In this document: piece by piece, positions 20,318 through 28,608 of the stretch
Layout of the letters: every line of letters begins with the position of its first letter
How positions within the stretch are numbered: the first letter of the stretch is position 1
DNA from: an uncultured bacterium
GTDB lineage: Bacteria; JAGOEH01
Direction: 5' to 3'
Assembly: GCA_964632485.1 (NCBI GenBank)
Contig: CAZWDO010000006.1
Location: 124,001 to 188,000 of the forward strand
DNA: 64,000 bases
Translations under genes and position numbers: made by a program
The notes under the pieces: generated by a model
What the model was told of the DNA's origin: nothing
Databases searched by the model: none
What the model saw: only the letters and a program-made list of their open reading frames with translations

Positions 20318-20797
20318 ATGTTTTTGTTTAAGTTAATTTTTTTTTGTGTTGGCAAGCACAAGATGCCCTATGTAGAGCAAGGGATACTTGATTATGAAAA
20401 AAGGTTATACCCTTTTTGCAAGTGTGAGTGGCAGTTTGTAAGAGAAATGAGGGCATCTAGTTCGAATGAAAAAGAGAGTATTGCGAAAGAAAGTGAACTA
20501 TTGGTAGGTAAGCTAGCCGGATCAAAGGCGCATCATATTTTATTGGATATTAAGGGAAAAGCGATGGCTTCTGATCAATTTGCTCATTGGCTGCAGGGAT
20601 TTGTTCTGGAAAATCGGGTGCCGGCATTCATTATCGGTGGCGCCGCTGGAGTTGACTTAGCCAGGCTTCAGCCACACATTCATGATCGGTTGTCTCTATC
20701 CGGTATGACATTCAATCATGTTTTAGTACGTTTGATGTTGATGGAACAACTCTATCGCGCTTACACCATTATTGTCGGCAAACCATATCATAAATAG
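20318..20797 (+). CDS. rlmH: 23S rRNA (pseudouridine-1915-N3)-methyltransferase
   Basis: CVGK, FIIGGAAG and LSLSGMTFNH.LVRLMLMEQLYRA...GKPYHK SPOUT motifs. Confidence 0.92.
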   Translation: MFLFKLIFFCVGKHKMPYVEQGILDYEKRLYPFCKCEWQFVREMRASSSNEKESIAKESELLVGKLAGSKAHHILLDIKGKAMASDQFAHWLQGFVLENRVPAFIIGGAAGVDLARLQPHIHDRLSLSGMTFNHVLVRLMLMEQLYRAYTIIVGKPYHK

Positions 20798-20807
20798 GAA
20801 AGGTACT

Positions 20808-21995
20808 ATGGACCTCTTTGAAAAATGCTATTCTTGGAAAGATGCAGCGATTGCCAGGGAACAAGGGTATTATCCCTATTTCCATGCTATCCAATCAGGG
20901 CAGGATACTCGCATTGTCGTAGATGGTAAGGAAATGATCAACATTGGTTCCAATAATTATTTGGGATTGACGTTTCATCCTAAAGTCATTGAATCGGCTC
21001 AACGCGCCTTAGAGAAATATGGTTCGGGTTGCACGGGTTCGCGTTTTTTGAATGGAACCTTGGATTATCATATTGAGGTGGAAGAAAAGCTGGCTCGCTT
21101 TATGAATAAGGAAGCCGCTCTTATGTTTAGCACGGGTTACCAAACGAATTTGGGTACTATTTCCGCTTTGATGAATAAAGACGATATTGTTTATATTGAT
21201 CGGGACGATCATGCAAGTATTGTTGACGGGTGTCGAATGTCTTTTGGTAAAATTGTTAAGTTTTTGCATAACGATGCGACTGATTTTGAGCGGATACTCA
21301 ATATGAATATGAAAAACAATTCCGGCAAATTATTAATTTTGGATGGCGTCTATAGCATGGGCGGGGATATCGCTGACCTGAAACGCCTGGTTCCAATCTG
21401 TAAAAAACATAATATTCGCATTATGGTTGACGAAGCCCATTCTATGGGTATTTTTGGCGAGCATGGCTGCGGTGTTTGCGAATTGTTGGGGGTTGGAGAT
21501 GATGTCGATATAATTATGGGAACATTTAGTAAATCGTTCGCTTCTATTGGCGGATTTATTGCCGGCGATTTTAAAATTATTGATTATATTAAACACAAAG
21601 CCCGTTCCCTGATTTTTAGCGCCAGTTTGCCTCCGGCTGCGTTGGGGGTTGTCGATGCTTCGCTACAAGTAATTGAATCGGAACCTGAACGCCGTCAACG
21701 CTTATTGGAGATCGCTGGATTTATGTGTAAGGAATTTCGGCTTCTTGGTTTCAATATTGGCCTCACTGAGTCTGCCGTGATACCCGTTATTATTGGCGAT
21801 GATATGAATACTTTTCGATTTTGGGGGATGCTGAACCAGTTGGGTATCTATGCAAATCCCGTTGTCTCGCCAGCGGTGCCCCCCAATATGTCGCTGATCC
21901 GTACGAGTTATACTGCCTTGCATACCGATGATGAACTGCATCAAGTTCTGGAAGTCTTCAAAAAAGTCGGCAAAGAACTGGGAGTAATCGCTTAG
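20808..21995 (+). CDS. PLP-dependent alpha-oxoamine synthase, serine palmitoyltransferase-like
   Basis: GYYPYF, GSNNYLGLT, GSRFLNGT, DHASIVDG, DEAH, GTFSKSFASIGG and IFSAS motifs. Closer to Bacteroides-type SPT than to BioF or Kbl. Confidence 0.8.
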   Translation: MDLFEKCYSWKDAAIAREQGYYPYFHAIQSGQDTRIVVDGKEMINIGSNNYLGLTFHPKVIESAQRALEKYGSGCTGSRFLNGTLDYHIEVEEKLARFMNKEAALMFSTGYQTNLGTISALMNKDDIVYIDRDDHASIVDGCRMSFGKIVKFLHNDATDFERILNMNMKNNSGKLLILDGVYSMGGDIADLKRLVPICKKHNIRIMVDEAHSMGIFGEHGCGVCELLGVGDDVDIIMGTFSKSFASIGGFIAGDFKIIDYIKHKARSLIFSASLPPAALGVVDASLQVIESEPERRQRLLEIAGFMCKEFRLLGFNIGLTESAVIPVIIGDDMNTFRFWGMLNQLGIYANPVVSPAVPPNMSLIRTSYTALHTDDELHQVLEVFKKVGKELGVIA

Positions 21996-21998
21996 CCT

Positions 21999-22979
21999 AT
22001 GCGCATCCTGGTGACGGGTAGTTCCGGTTTCATCGGATCTCATCTATTAAATAAATTGAGTGAAGACCGACATGAGCTTTCAGTTTTTTTAAGAACGGCA
22101 AGTTCTGTTCAAAATTTTCAATCTGTACAATTTTTTCGGGGAGATTTTTTCGATGTCGATTCCCTGAAAAAAGCTGTTGAAAACCAAGATATCATTATTC
22201 ACTGCGGGGGAGTTACTAAAGTCAAAATTCCCGCTGATTTTTATCGGTTTAATACGGAGGTCACCTGCAACTTGACTCAGGCTGTTCGGCAGTGGAACCC
22301 GAATTTGAAATTGTTTATCTATTTTTCTTCATTAAGCGCAGCAGGCCCTTTATCTTTTAATGATTTGAGCCATCAAGAAATTGAGGATTCACCCGTCAGC
22401 CATTATGGTAAAAGTAAAAAAATGGCTGAGGATGCTGTGAAAGAAAGCGGCTTACCCTTTGCCATTGTACGTCCTCCCGCTGTTTATGGCCCGGGAGATC
22501 GGGATATTTTTATTTATTTTAAATTAGTTAATAGCGGGATTGCCCCTGTTATGGGCGATGGCAAGCAAATGCTGAGTTTGGTCTTTGTTCAGGACCTGGT
22601 CGAGGGTCTCGCATTGATTATCAATCATGTTGAAAAAGCAAAAGGCCAGGTGTTTTATTTTAACGATGGCCACCCGGTAAACTGGCGGGAGATACGTGAG
22701 ACGATGATTGATGTGATTAAACCCCAAAGGGTTCTTCGCTTCACAGTTCCTGTATGGCTGCTTTATCCGTTGGCGGTTCTTGTCGAAGGCTGGAACCGGT
22801 TGTTGGGCCGGACAAATGCTTTCAATCGTGAAAAAGTTTTTGAAATGAAACAAATTTCCTGGCTCTGTTCTTCCGGAGTTGCCCAAAGTGTGTTGGGGTA
22901 TACGCCCGCAGTTTCATTGGCGTCAGGATTCAAAAAAACATGGCAATGGTATCTTCAGAAAGCATGGATAAAATCTTAA
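21999..22979 (+). CDS. NAD(P)-dependent epimerase/dehydratase (extended SDR)
   Basis: TGSSGFIG, SSLSAAGP, YGKSK (YxxxK) and RPPAVYGPGD motifs. Confidence 0.9.
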   Translation: MRILVTGSSGFIGSHLLNKLSEDRHELSVFLRTASSVQNFQSVQFFRGDFFDVDSLKKAVENQDIIIHCGGVTKVKIPADFYRFNTEVTCNLTQAVRQWNPNLKLFIYFSSLSAAGPLSFNDLSHQEIEDSPVSHYGKSKKMAEDAVKESGLPFAIVRPPAVYGPGDRDIFIYFKLVNSGIAPVMGDGKQMLSLVFVQDLVEGLALIINHVEKAKGQVFYFNDGHPVNWREIRETMIDVIKPQRVLRFTVPVWLLYPLAVLVEGWNRLLGRTNAFNREKVFEMKQISWLCSSGVAQSVLGYTPAVSLASGFKKTWQWYLQKAWIKS

Positions 22980-23006
22980 ACGTAAAACAATTTACAAGGA
23001 GAAAAA

Positions 23007-23123
23007 ATGAGTAAACCCTTAAAGCCAATTTTGAAACGTCGTCGCGCGGTATCGCGTTTAAAACGGAAAAAAATTGTGCTAAAAAAGTTCTTGTCTGAAA
23101 AAAAGACAAAAAAGTCTACCTGA
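23007..23123 (+). CDS. Small, very basic 38-aa protein (absent from ORF track)
   Basis: AAGGAG RBS then ATG; MSKPLKPILKRRRAVSRLKRKKIVLKKFLSEKKTKKST. Confidence 0.65.
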   Translation: MSKPLKPILKRRRAVSRLKRKKIVLKKFLSEKKTKKST

Positions 23124-23141
23124 TTAAACAGATACTTTCAT

Positions 23142-23287
23142 CGGGGTCTGACTCAAAGCATATCTCAATTGCCTGGAGAAAAACTAACCAAGTCAATATT
23201 TGTCAGAATAGAACATATCTGAGTTGACTGGCTGATTCCTTTTCCACGTTAATTTGATAGGTGTTTAGAGTCAGGCCCTGTTTTTTT
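23142..23287 (+). other. About 140-nt imperfect rod-like hairpin followed by a T-tract (terminator-like, ncRNA or MITE)
   Basis: CGGGGTCTGACTC (23142-23154) pairs with GAGTCAGGCCCTG (23268-23280). Nested helices: TATC/GATA, TGGAGAA/TTTTCCA, AGTCAA/TTGACT, TCAGA/TCTGA. Confidence 0.6.
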
Positions 23288-23352
23288 AATTTAGTTATAT
23301 CCCGGATTTTTAAACAGAATACCGCTTAACCGATGGGTGAAGAACGCTTTTT

Positions 23353-24399
23353 CTATTCTACGCTATCGGATACGGGAGAGTTTTCGGAATGATAGGTTTT
23401 GAAAGTAGAAATAATAGCTTCAAATTGCTTTAAATAGATGTTTTTATCTAAGCCCGGCGCGAAGATCGCATAATCTATAATATAATACCGACGAGTCGCG
23501 CGATCGAATAACTGATAATTCATAAACGGACCTCCTACCAGTAGGCTGTCATTTTCCCACAAACCCCGTAATTCAATAGTTGGCATGCCATTTAGTTCGA
23601 CCAGCCGGGCATGAGTATGCTTTTTCACCACTAAATCATGGGGATAGAAGCGGGTTGTGAGTGAATCTCTTTTGTCAGCGGCTTCCCGGGCATTAACGGT
23701 AATGTTGGCGCCGGGAGGCATATCTTGCCAGGTAATCAATATCCAACGATCGGGAGCAGATGACGTAAACCATATATAGTTGCTGTCGGGAACGTCGCGC
23801 GCCAGTTGATAGAGTTGGGGTACCCGAATCGAAAATTGATAGTTTTTGATGAGTTTTTCCGAGATATTTGTCCGCTCATGTTTGTCATACAGCCAACCTT
23901 TTAATCTGTTTTTAATATCTCGGTCCATAATCTGGTACATTTCATTTCCGTAAACTTCCAGATTTTCAGCCATGATTGAATCATTTTTAGCGATAAGGAA
24001 CATCACTGTCTGGTTTTTTGCCCATAAATCGTGTTTTACGAAAATAAATGCCTGATTGATGCGAATTAGTTGGATCGCGTCCTGCTTTAAAGATTGCAGA
24101 ATTAGTCGCGAGGGGGGCGAGTTATCGTTCAGCATCCCAATCACCAGAATGTTACGCCAGCGGGAAAAGGTTTCAAAACTGTTCCAATTTCCCTCAATCA
24201 GAGAATATTCTTTTTCTATCTGAGGAGTCATGATCGGCTTTTGAAATATTTCTTCTAACTGATTTTTATATCGCAGAAAAACATCGGGTGTCGTCAAGGT
24301 CATTACAACATCAAATTGTCCGATTGGCTCTTTTTTTTGGCTTGAGCACGAAGATAGCGTTAAAAATAACAGCGGAACAAACAGATAATACATCTTCAT
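23353..24399 (-). CDS. Lipoprotein, DUF4837-like
   Basis: Lipobox LSSC; DLWAKNQTV, ELRGLWEN..VGGPF and APGLDK motifs. Confidence 0.7.
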   Translation of the reverse strand: MKMYYLFVPLLFLTLSSCSSQKKEPIGQFDVVMTLTTPDVFLRYKNQLEEIFQKPIMTPQIEKEYSLIEGNWNSFETFSRWRNILVIGMLNDNSPPSRLILQSLKQDAIQLIRINQAFIFVKHDLWAKNQTVMFLIAKNDSIMAENLEVYGNEMYQIMDRDIKNRLKGWLYDKHERTNISEKLIKNYQFSIRVPQLYQLARDVPDSNYIWFTSSAPDRWILITWQDMPPGANITVNAREAADKRDSLTTRFYPHDLVVKKHTHARLVELNGMPTIELRGLWENDSLLVGGPFMNYQLFDRATRRYYIIDYAIFAPGLDKNIYLKQFEAIISTFKTYHSENSPVSDSVE

Positions 24400-24416
24400 G
24401 TTACGTCCTTTATGGG

Positions 24417-25631
24417 TCAGGGAAGTTCCAGTTTAACTATTTCCATAGCTTGTAAAACGGAATCAATTAATTCTTGGGTCAATATTTCAGGTTCAAACTG
24501 GTTGATAGTCTGGATTTGGGCTTTGATCACCGGATGGCGGGGGACAAAAAGCGCGCAACAATCTTCGATCGGTTCAATTGAGATATTAAAACTACCGATT
24601 TGCCTGGCAAGAGCAACGGTGTGATATTTTTCATTAGCGATCAGTGGGCGGAATATCGGTATTTTTTGGACAATTTGGTCTTGTACGCAGAGATTTTCCA
24701 GTGTTTGTGAAGCGACCTGGCCCAAGTTATCCCCGCTGATCAAAGCCTGAAATCCGAATTTTTGCGCGATTTCCTGAGCCAGAAAAAGCATAGCTCTGCG
24801 TTGAAAAATGATTGTGTATTCCGGTGGCGCCACCTGACGAATTTTTTGCATGAGGGTTGTAATGTTGACAAAAAAGATTGTTATTTTTTTGTTTTGGTAA
24901 TCCGCCAACACTTCTCCCAACCGCTTAATTTTTTCAAGCAATTGAAGAGATGTAAACGGGGGCGTATGGAAGTGGACCGCTCCGATGGTTAACCCACGCT
25001 TGGCCATACACCAGCCGGCGACGGGCGAATCAATACCTCCGGAAAGCATTAGTAAGGCCTTCCCTGAGGTTCCGGTAGGCAATCCTCCGGGTCCCTCAAC
25101 CGTTTCCAGGGCGCATAAAAGAAATCCCTTGTGGATTTCACAGTTAACGATAAAATCCGGTGTATGTAAATCCACGATCAAATCTTGGATATGTTCGACA
25201 ATCCATCCTCCAAGTTCCGCTGAAAAAAAGGTGGAAAACATGGGGTAATTCTTGTTGATGCGTTTTGTAGAAACCCTGAAGGAATGAGCTTGGCGCGGAT
25301 GCGCCCGACGCCAGTTTTCAATACGTGGAATCGCGGCTTTCTTAAGCCTATCAAACGCCTCTAACGAATCTATTCCTTCCAACGGAAATATTTCAGCTTG
25401 CTGCAATCTGTGAATACCAAATATTTTGCTTAATATCCTTAAAGCCTCTGTCTCGTTTTCTTCCGTATATTCCAATAGAAATTTTTTATGCAAATTTTCA
25501 ATTTTTTTTAATCCTAAATGTTCAGTTCGTTGGCGAATATTTTGGATGAGCTTTTTTTCAAAATACCAGCGATTGTCTTTTTTTAAACCGATTTCGTTAT
25601 AACTGAGGAGTATCACAAAATATCCTTTCAA
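24417..25631 (-). CDS. thiI: tRNA 4-thiouridine synthase ThiI
   Basis: YNEIGLK, THUMP domain, GPGGLP, PP-loop SGGIDSPVA, GDNLGQVASQT and EDCC; no rhodanese domain. Confidence 0.94.
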   Translation of the reverse strand: MKGYFVILLSYNEIGLKKDNRWYFEKKLIQNIRQRTEHLGLKKIENLHKKFLLEYTEENETEALRILSKIFGIHRLQQAEIFPLEGIDSLEAFDRLKKAAIPRIENWRRAHPRQAHSFRVSTKRINKNYPMFSTFFSAELGGWIVEHIQDLIVDLHTPDFIVNCEIHKGFLLCALETVEGPGGLPTGTSGKALLMLSGGIDSPVAGWCMAKRGLTIGAVHFHTPPFTSLQLLEKIKRLGEVLADYQNKKITIFFVNITTLMQKIRQVAPPEYTIIFQRRAMLFLAQEIAQKFGFQALISGDNLGQVASQTLENLCVQDQIVQKIPIFRPLIANEKYHTVALARQIGSFNISIEPIEDCCALFVPRHPVIKAQIQTINQFEPEILTQELIDSVLQAMEIVKLELP

Positions 25632-26758
25632 ATGAGTTGGGAAATTTTCCCCAAAGCCTGGATCAACCGATCGACTTCCGTTTCAGTTGTTAAATGGCTG
25701 ATGGAGAGACGGATGGCGCACTCGGCTATTTCCTTTGGTTTTTGCAGTCGGGTTAAAATCATTTTTTTTTGGCTGTGCCCTGAACATGCGGAACCTGTGC
25801 CGATATAGATTTTTTCTGTTGCCAGATAGTTTTGAATGACTTCGCCTTTAATCCCGGGGAGTATGAGGGGAATGATATGTGGAACTCTAACTGGAGGTTG
25901 GTTGATGATTAAGGAAGCAGTGAATCGCTTTTTAATTTCATTTATCAAGTAATCGTGAACCTGATTCACTCGATTCAAGTTTTCCTGAAAATAGTTAGTT
26001 ACGTCCAGCATCGCTTGATGGAAGGTTCGAATCAGCGGATAATTGATAGTTCCTCCGCGTAAACCACTTTGTTGTCCGCCGCCGTGAATCTGAGCTTGAA
26101 GTGGAAATGCAGAGCGTTGGAATAATCCTCCAATTCCTTTGGGAGCAAAAAATTTATGACCTGAAAAGGATATCAGGTCCCCATAGGGAAGAAAATCGTT
26201 GAAAGGGATTTTTCCTACAGCCTGGGATGCATCAAGATGGACCAGAATATTCGGGTTGTATTTTTTAACGATTTGGTATAATTCTCTTACTGGATTGATA
26301 GTGCCGATCTCATTTTGGACAACAATCCAACTGCAAAATACGGTTTTTTCGGTTAGCGCATCACTTACTCGTTGGGGGTCGATCAGACCCTGGCTATTTG
26401 CCGGAATTGTGATAACTGGTATATGGTACGTCTGCTGTAAAAAATTCAGAGTGTTAGAAACCGCAGCATGTTCGATATTGCTGCTGAGTATGGTTTTTTC
26501 GGAAGTATGGGTTATGGAACCTTTGAGCGCCAGATTAATGGCTTCTGTAGCGCCGGAAGTCAGAATTAATCGCCCATTTTCCGGCAAACTCAATGTATGG
26601 ATCAGTTCCCGTTGCATTTGCCGCAGGTTCTGCTGAAGTTCAATCGCATAATGGGAGGAAGGATTAAACCAATCGTTGGTTTGACAAAAGTTGTAAAGTT
26701 CGATTAAATGTGCAGCCACCGGAGTGGTGGCTGCGTAATCAAAATAAGCATTATACAT
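25628..26758 (-). CDS. Cysteine desulfurase (IscS/NifZ-like) coupled to thiI
   Basis: YFDYAATTP, TSGATEA, NEIGTI, DASQ, SGHKF and GSACS motifs. Confidence 0.92.
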   Translation of the reverse strand: MYNAYFDYAATTPVAAHLIELYNFCQTNDWFNPSSHYAIELQQNLRQMQRELIHTLSLPENGRLILTSGATEAINLALKGSITHTSEKTILSSNIEHAAVSNTLNFLQQTYHIPVITIPANSQGLIDPQRVSDALTEKTVFCSWIVVQNEIGTINPVRELYQIVKKYNPNILVHLDASQAVGKIPFNDFLPYGDLISFSGHKFFAPKGIGGLFQRSAFPLQAQIHGGGQQSGLRGGTINYPLIRTFHQAMLDVTNYFQENLNRVNQVHDYLINEIKKRFTASLIINQPPVRVPHIIPLILPGIKGEVIQNYLATEKIYIGTGSACSGHSQKKMILTRLQKPKEIAECAIRLSISHLTTETEVDRLIQALGKISQLI

Positions 26759-28046
26759 AGTGCATGGTTAGAAATTGTTTTCTTAACTCATTAATTTTTT
26801 TCTTGACATTATGGCCTTTGATTGCATCTGCCATTAGCTCGCCGAGTGTTTCAAAATTACTTTCCTTCATTCCGAAACGGGTCATTTCCGAAGCTCCGAT
26901 TCGTAACCCTGAGGGATTCATTGGGTTAGTATCGCCTGGCAACATGTTGTAGTTGGTAATGATATCGTTTTGCTCCAAAGCCAGCGCGGCTTGAACTCCG
27001 CCCCCGTAAGCGGAAACATCCACGGCGATTTGATGCGACCGGGTGTAGCCAAATTCTTTGGCTTCTACTTTAATTCCATTCAATTCCAGTGATTTTGCCA
27101 ATGCAAGGATATTTGAACAAATCTGTTTGGCATAGGCTTGGCCGTGAATTTTCATTTCACGAATAGCTACCAGAAGCGCGGGTAGGGTATGAAGATGGTG
27201 GTTACTTGACGTACCGGGAAAAACGCCGCGATCGGCAGCCGCCCAATATTTTTTTTCATCTTCTTCATCTAAATTACCCACAATGATGCCCCGCTGTGGG
27301 CCGGGAAACGTTTTATGCGTGCTTCCTGACAACCAGGTCGCCCCTTCTCTGAGTGGATCCTGGAATTGGCCGCCGGCAATTAAACCCAGCACATGTGCGC
27401 CATCATATAAAATGGGAATTCCTTTTTCACGGCATAAAGGGGCGATTTCCGCGACCGGGTCCGGGAATAAATAAAGGCTTTTGCCCATAATGACTAAGTT
27501 GGGATTGAGCGTATCAATCAATTCCAACGTTTTATGGATATCGATGTGGTATCGGTCGTTAGTCAATGGGAAGAAATGGAGATTGACAGAGTTTTCTTTT
27601 CCGGGCTTGAGTATCTGACCCCGTACTTGAATCCGGCGTCCCATAATTCCAAAAAAGCTGTGGCTGATATGGCCGCCCCCATCGGTGGAATTGGCTAAAA
27701 CTGTATCGCCTCCCCGTAAATATCCCATGGCAATGGCCGTATTCGCATTATTCCCGCTACAAGGCCGAACATCAGCCTGCTTGCATTGGAAAAGTTCTTT
27801 TATTTCTTGAGTGGCCAGGGTTTCGATTTGATCGATATAACGAGTACCCTGGTAATAGCGATTGATATGATCTTCCGTGTTGGGATGGCCTTCGGCATAA
27901 CGGCCCATAAAATCACTGTTTTGAATCATGCGGACTGTGGGACTCGGAGTGTTTTCACTGGCAATCAGATTAATACATTCCTGACCTCGCCATTGATTTT
28001 GGCTCTCGACCATCGTTAGAATATCTTGAACGTGTACAGAAGACAT
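26751..28046 (-). CDS. glyA: Serine hydroxymethyltransferase (archaeal-type signature)
   Basis: LIASEN, RYAEG, GGHISH, YDGAHVLGL, GSTHKTFPGPQRG, FPGTSSNHHLH and SGLRIG motifs; AAGGAG RBS before ATG 28046. Confidence 0.93.
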   Translation of the reverse strand: MSSVHVQDILTMVESQNQWRGQECINLIASENTPSPTVRMIQNSDFMGRYAEGHPNTEDHINRYYQGTRYIDQIETLATQEIKELFQCKQADVRPCSGNNANTAIAMGYLRGGDTVLANSTDGGGHISHSFFGIMGRRIQVRGQILKPGKENSVNLHFFPLTNDRYHIDIHKTLELIDTLNPNLVIMGKSLYLFPDPVAEIAPLCREKGIPILYDGAHVLGLIAGGQFQDPLREGATWLSGSTHKTFPGPQRGIIVGNLDEEDEKKYWAAADRGVFPGTSSNHHLHTLPALLVAIREMKIHGQAYAKQICSNILALAKSLELNGIKVEAKEFGYTRSHQIAVDVSAYGGGVQAALALEQNDIITNYNMLPGDTNPMNPSGLRIGASEMTRFGMKESNFETLGELMADAIKGHNVKKKINELRKQFLTMHYV

Positions 28047-28336
28047 GAACAACTCCTTTCACTGCGGCAAAACATAAGGGTTCATCTTTCAATTTAAAAC
28101 AAATTTTAGTATCATTCTGCTAACCATAAGTTGTGTTAAATCTGAAACAACACGCAAGCGTTCAGTTTTTAATCACTGATCGTCGGTACGGCTTAATTTT
28201 CCAGGTATTCACATAGGGCATGTTTGCGCTTCGTGCGCTGAATAATTCACGGGATTCAGTGGCGCCCCTGCTCAATGGTGTTTGGGAATAATCAGCATAC
28301 GGTGTATGTGGCAAATTTTCCCGGATTGGTATTTGC

Positions 28337-28365
28337 AATATAGTTTAAAATAGAAAAAAAGTCAA
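28337..28365 (-). promoter_or_regulatory. Putative sigma-70 promoter for the glyA leader
   Basis: TTGACT-N17-TATATT on the minus strand. Confidence 0.55.
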
Positions 28366-28393
28366 GATCATATCAAAAAAAATGGAAATTACC

Positions 28394-28421
28394 TTGACAG
28401 AAGCGCTTTTTTTTTTATATT
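28394..28421 (+). promoter_or_regulatory. Putative sigma-70 promoter for the OPT transporter
   Basis: TTGACA-N16-TATATT, divergent from the glyA promoter. Confidence 0.55.
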
Positions 28422-28608
28422 ATCTGAAACTTGCATGTAACTTGAGGACAATACTCCTGAATTCCGCGGTAATTGTATTCTGAGAGGGGGATGCTGTTTC
28501 CGGTCAGAATGCACTTTCCGCTAGGGTATGCCGAATGTTACGATACATTTTTGTATTCTGCATGCAATTTTTGTCATTATCAAAAACGATTAACCGAAGG
28601 AGGCGCGC

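Noticed and set aside
20808-21995. bioF or kbl annotation
   Set aside because: Motifs fit SPT better and no bio or tdh genes are adjacent; gene symbol left blank pending phylogeny.
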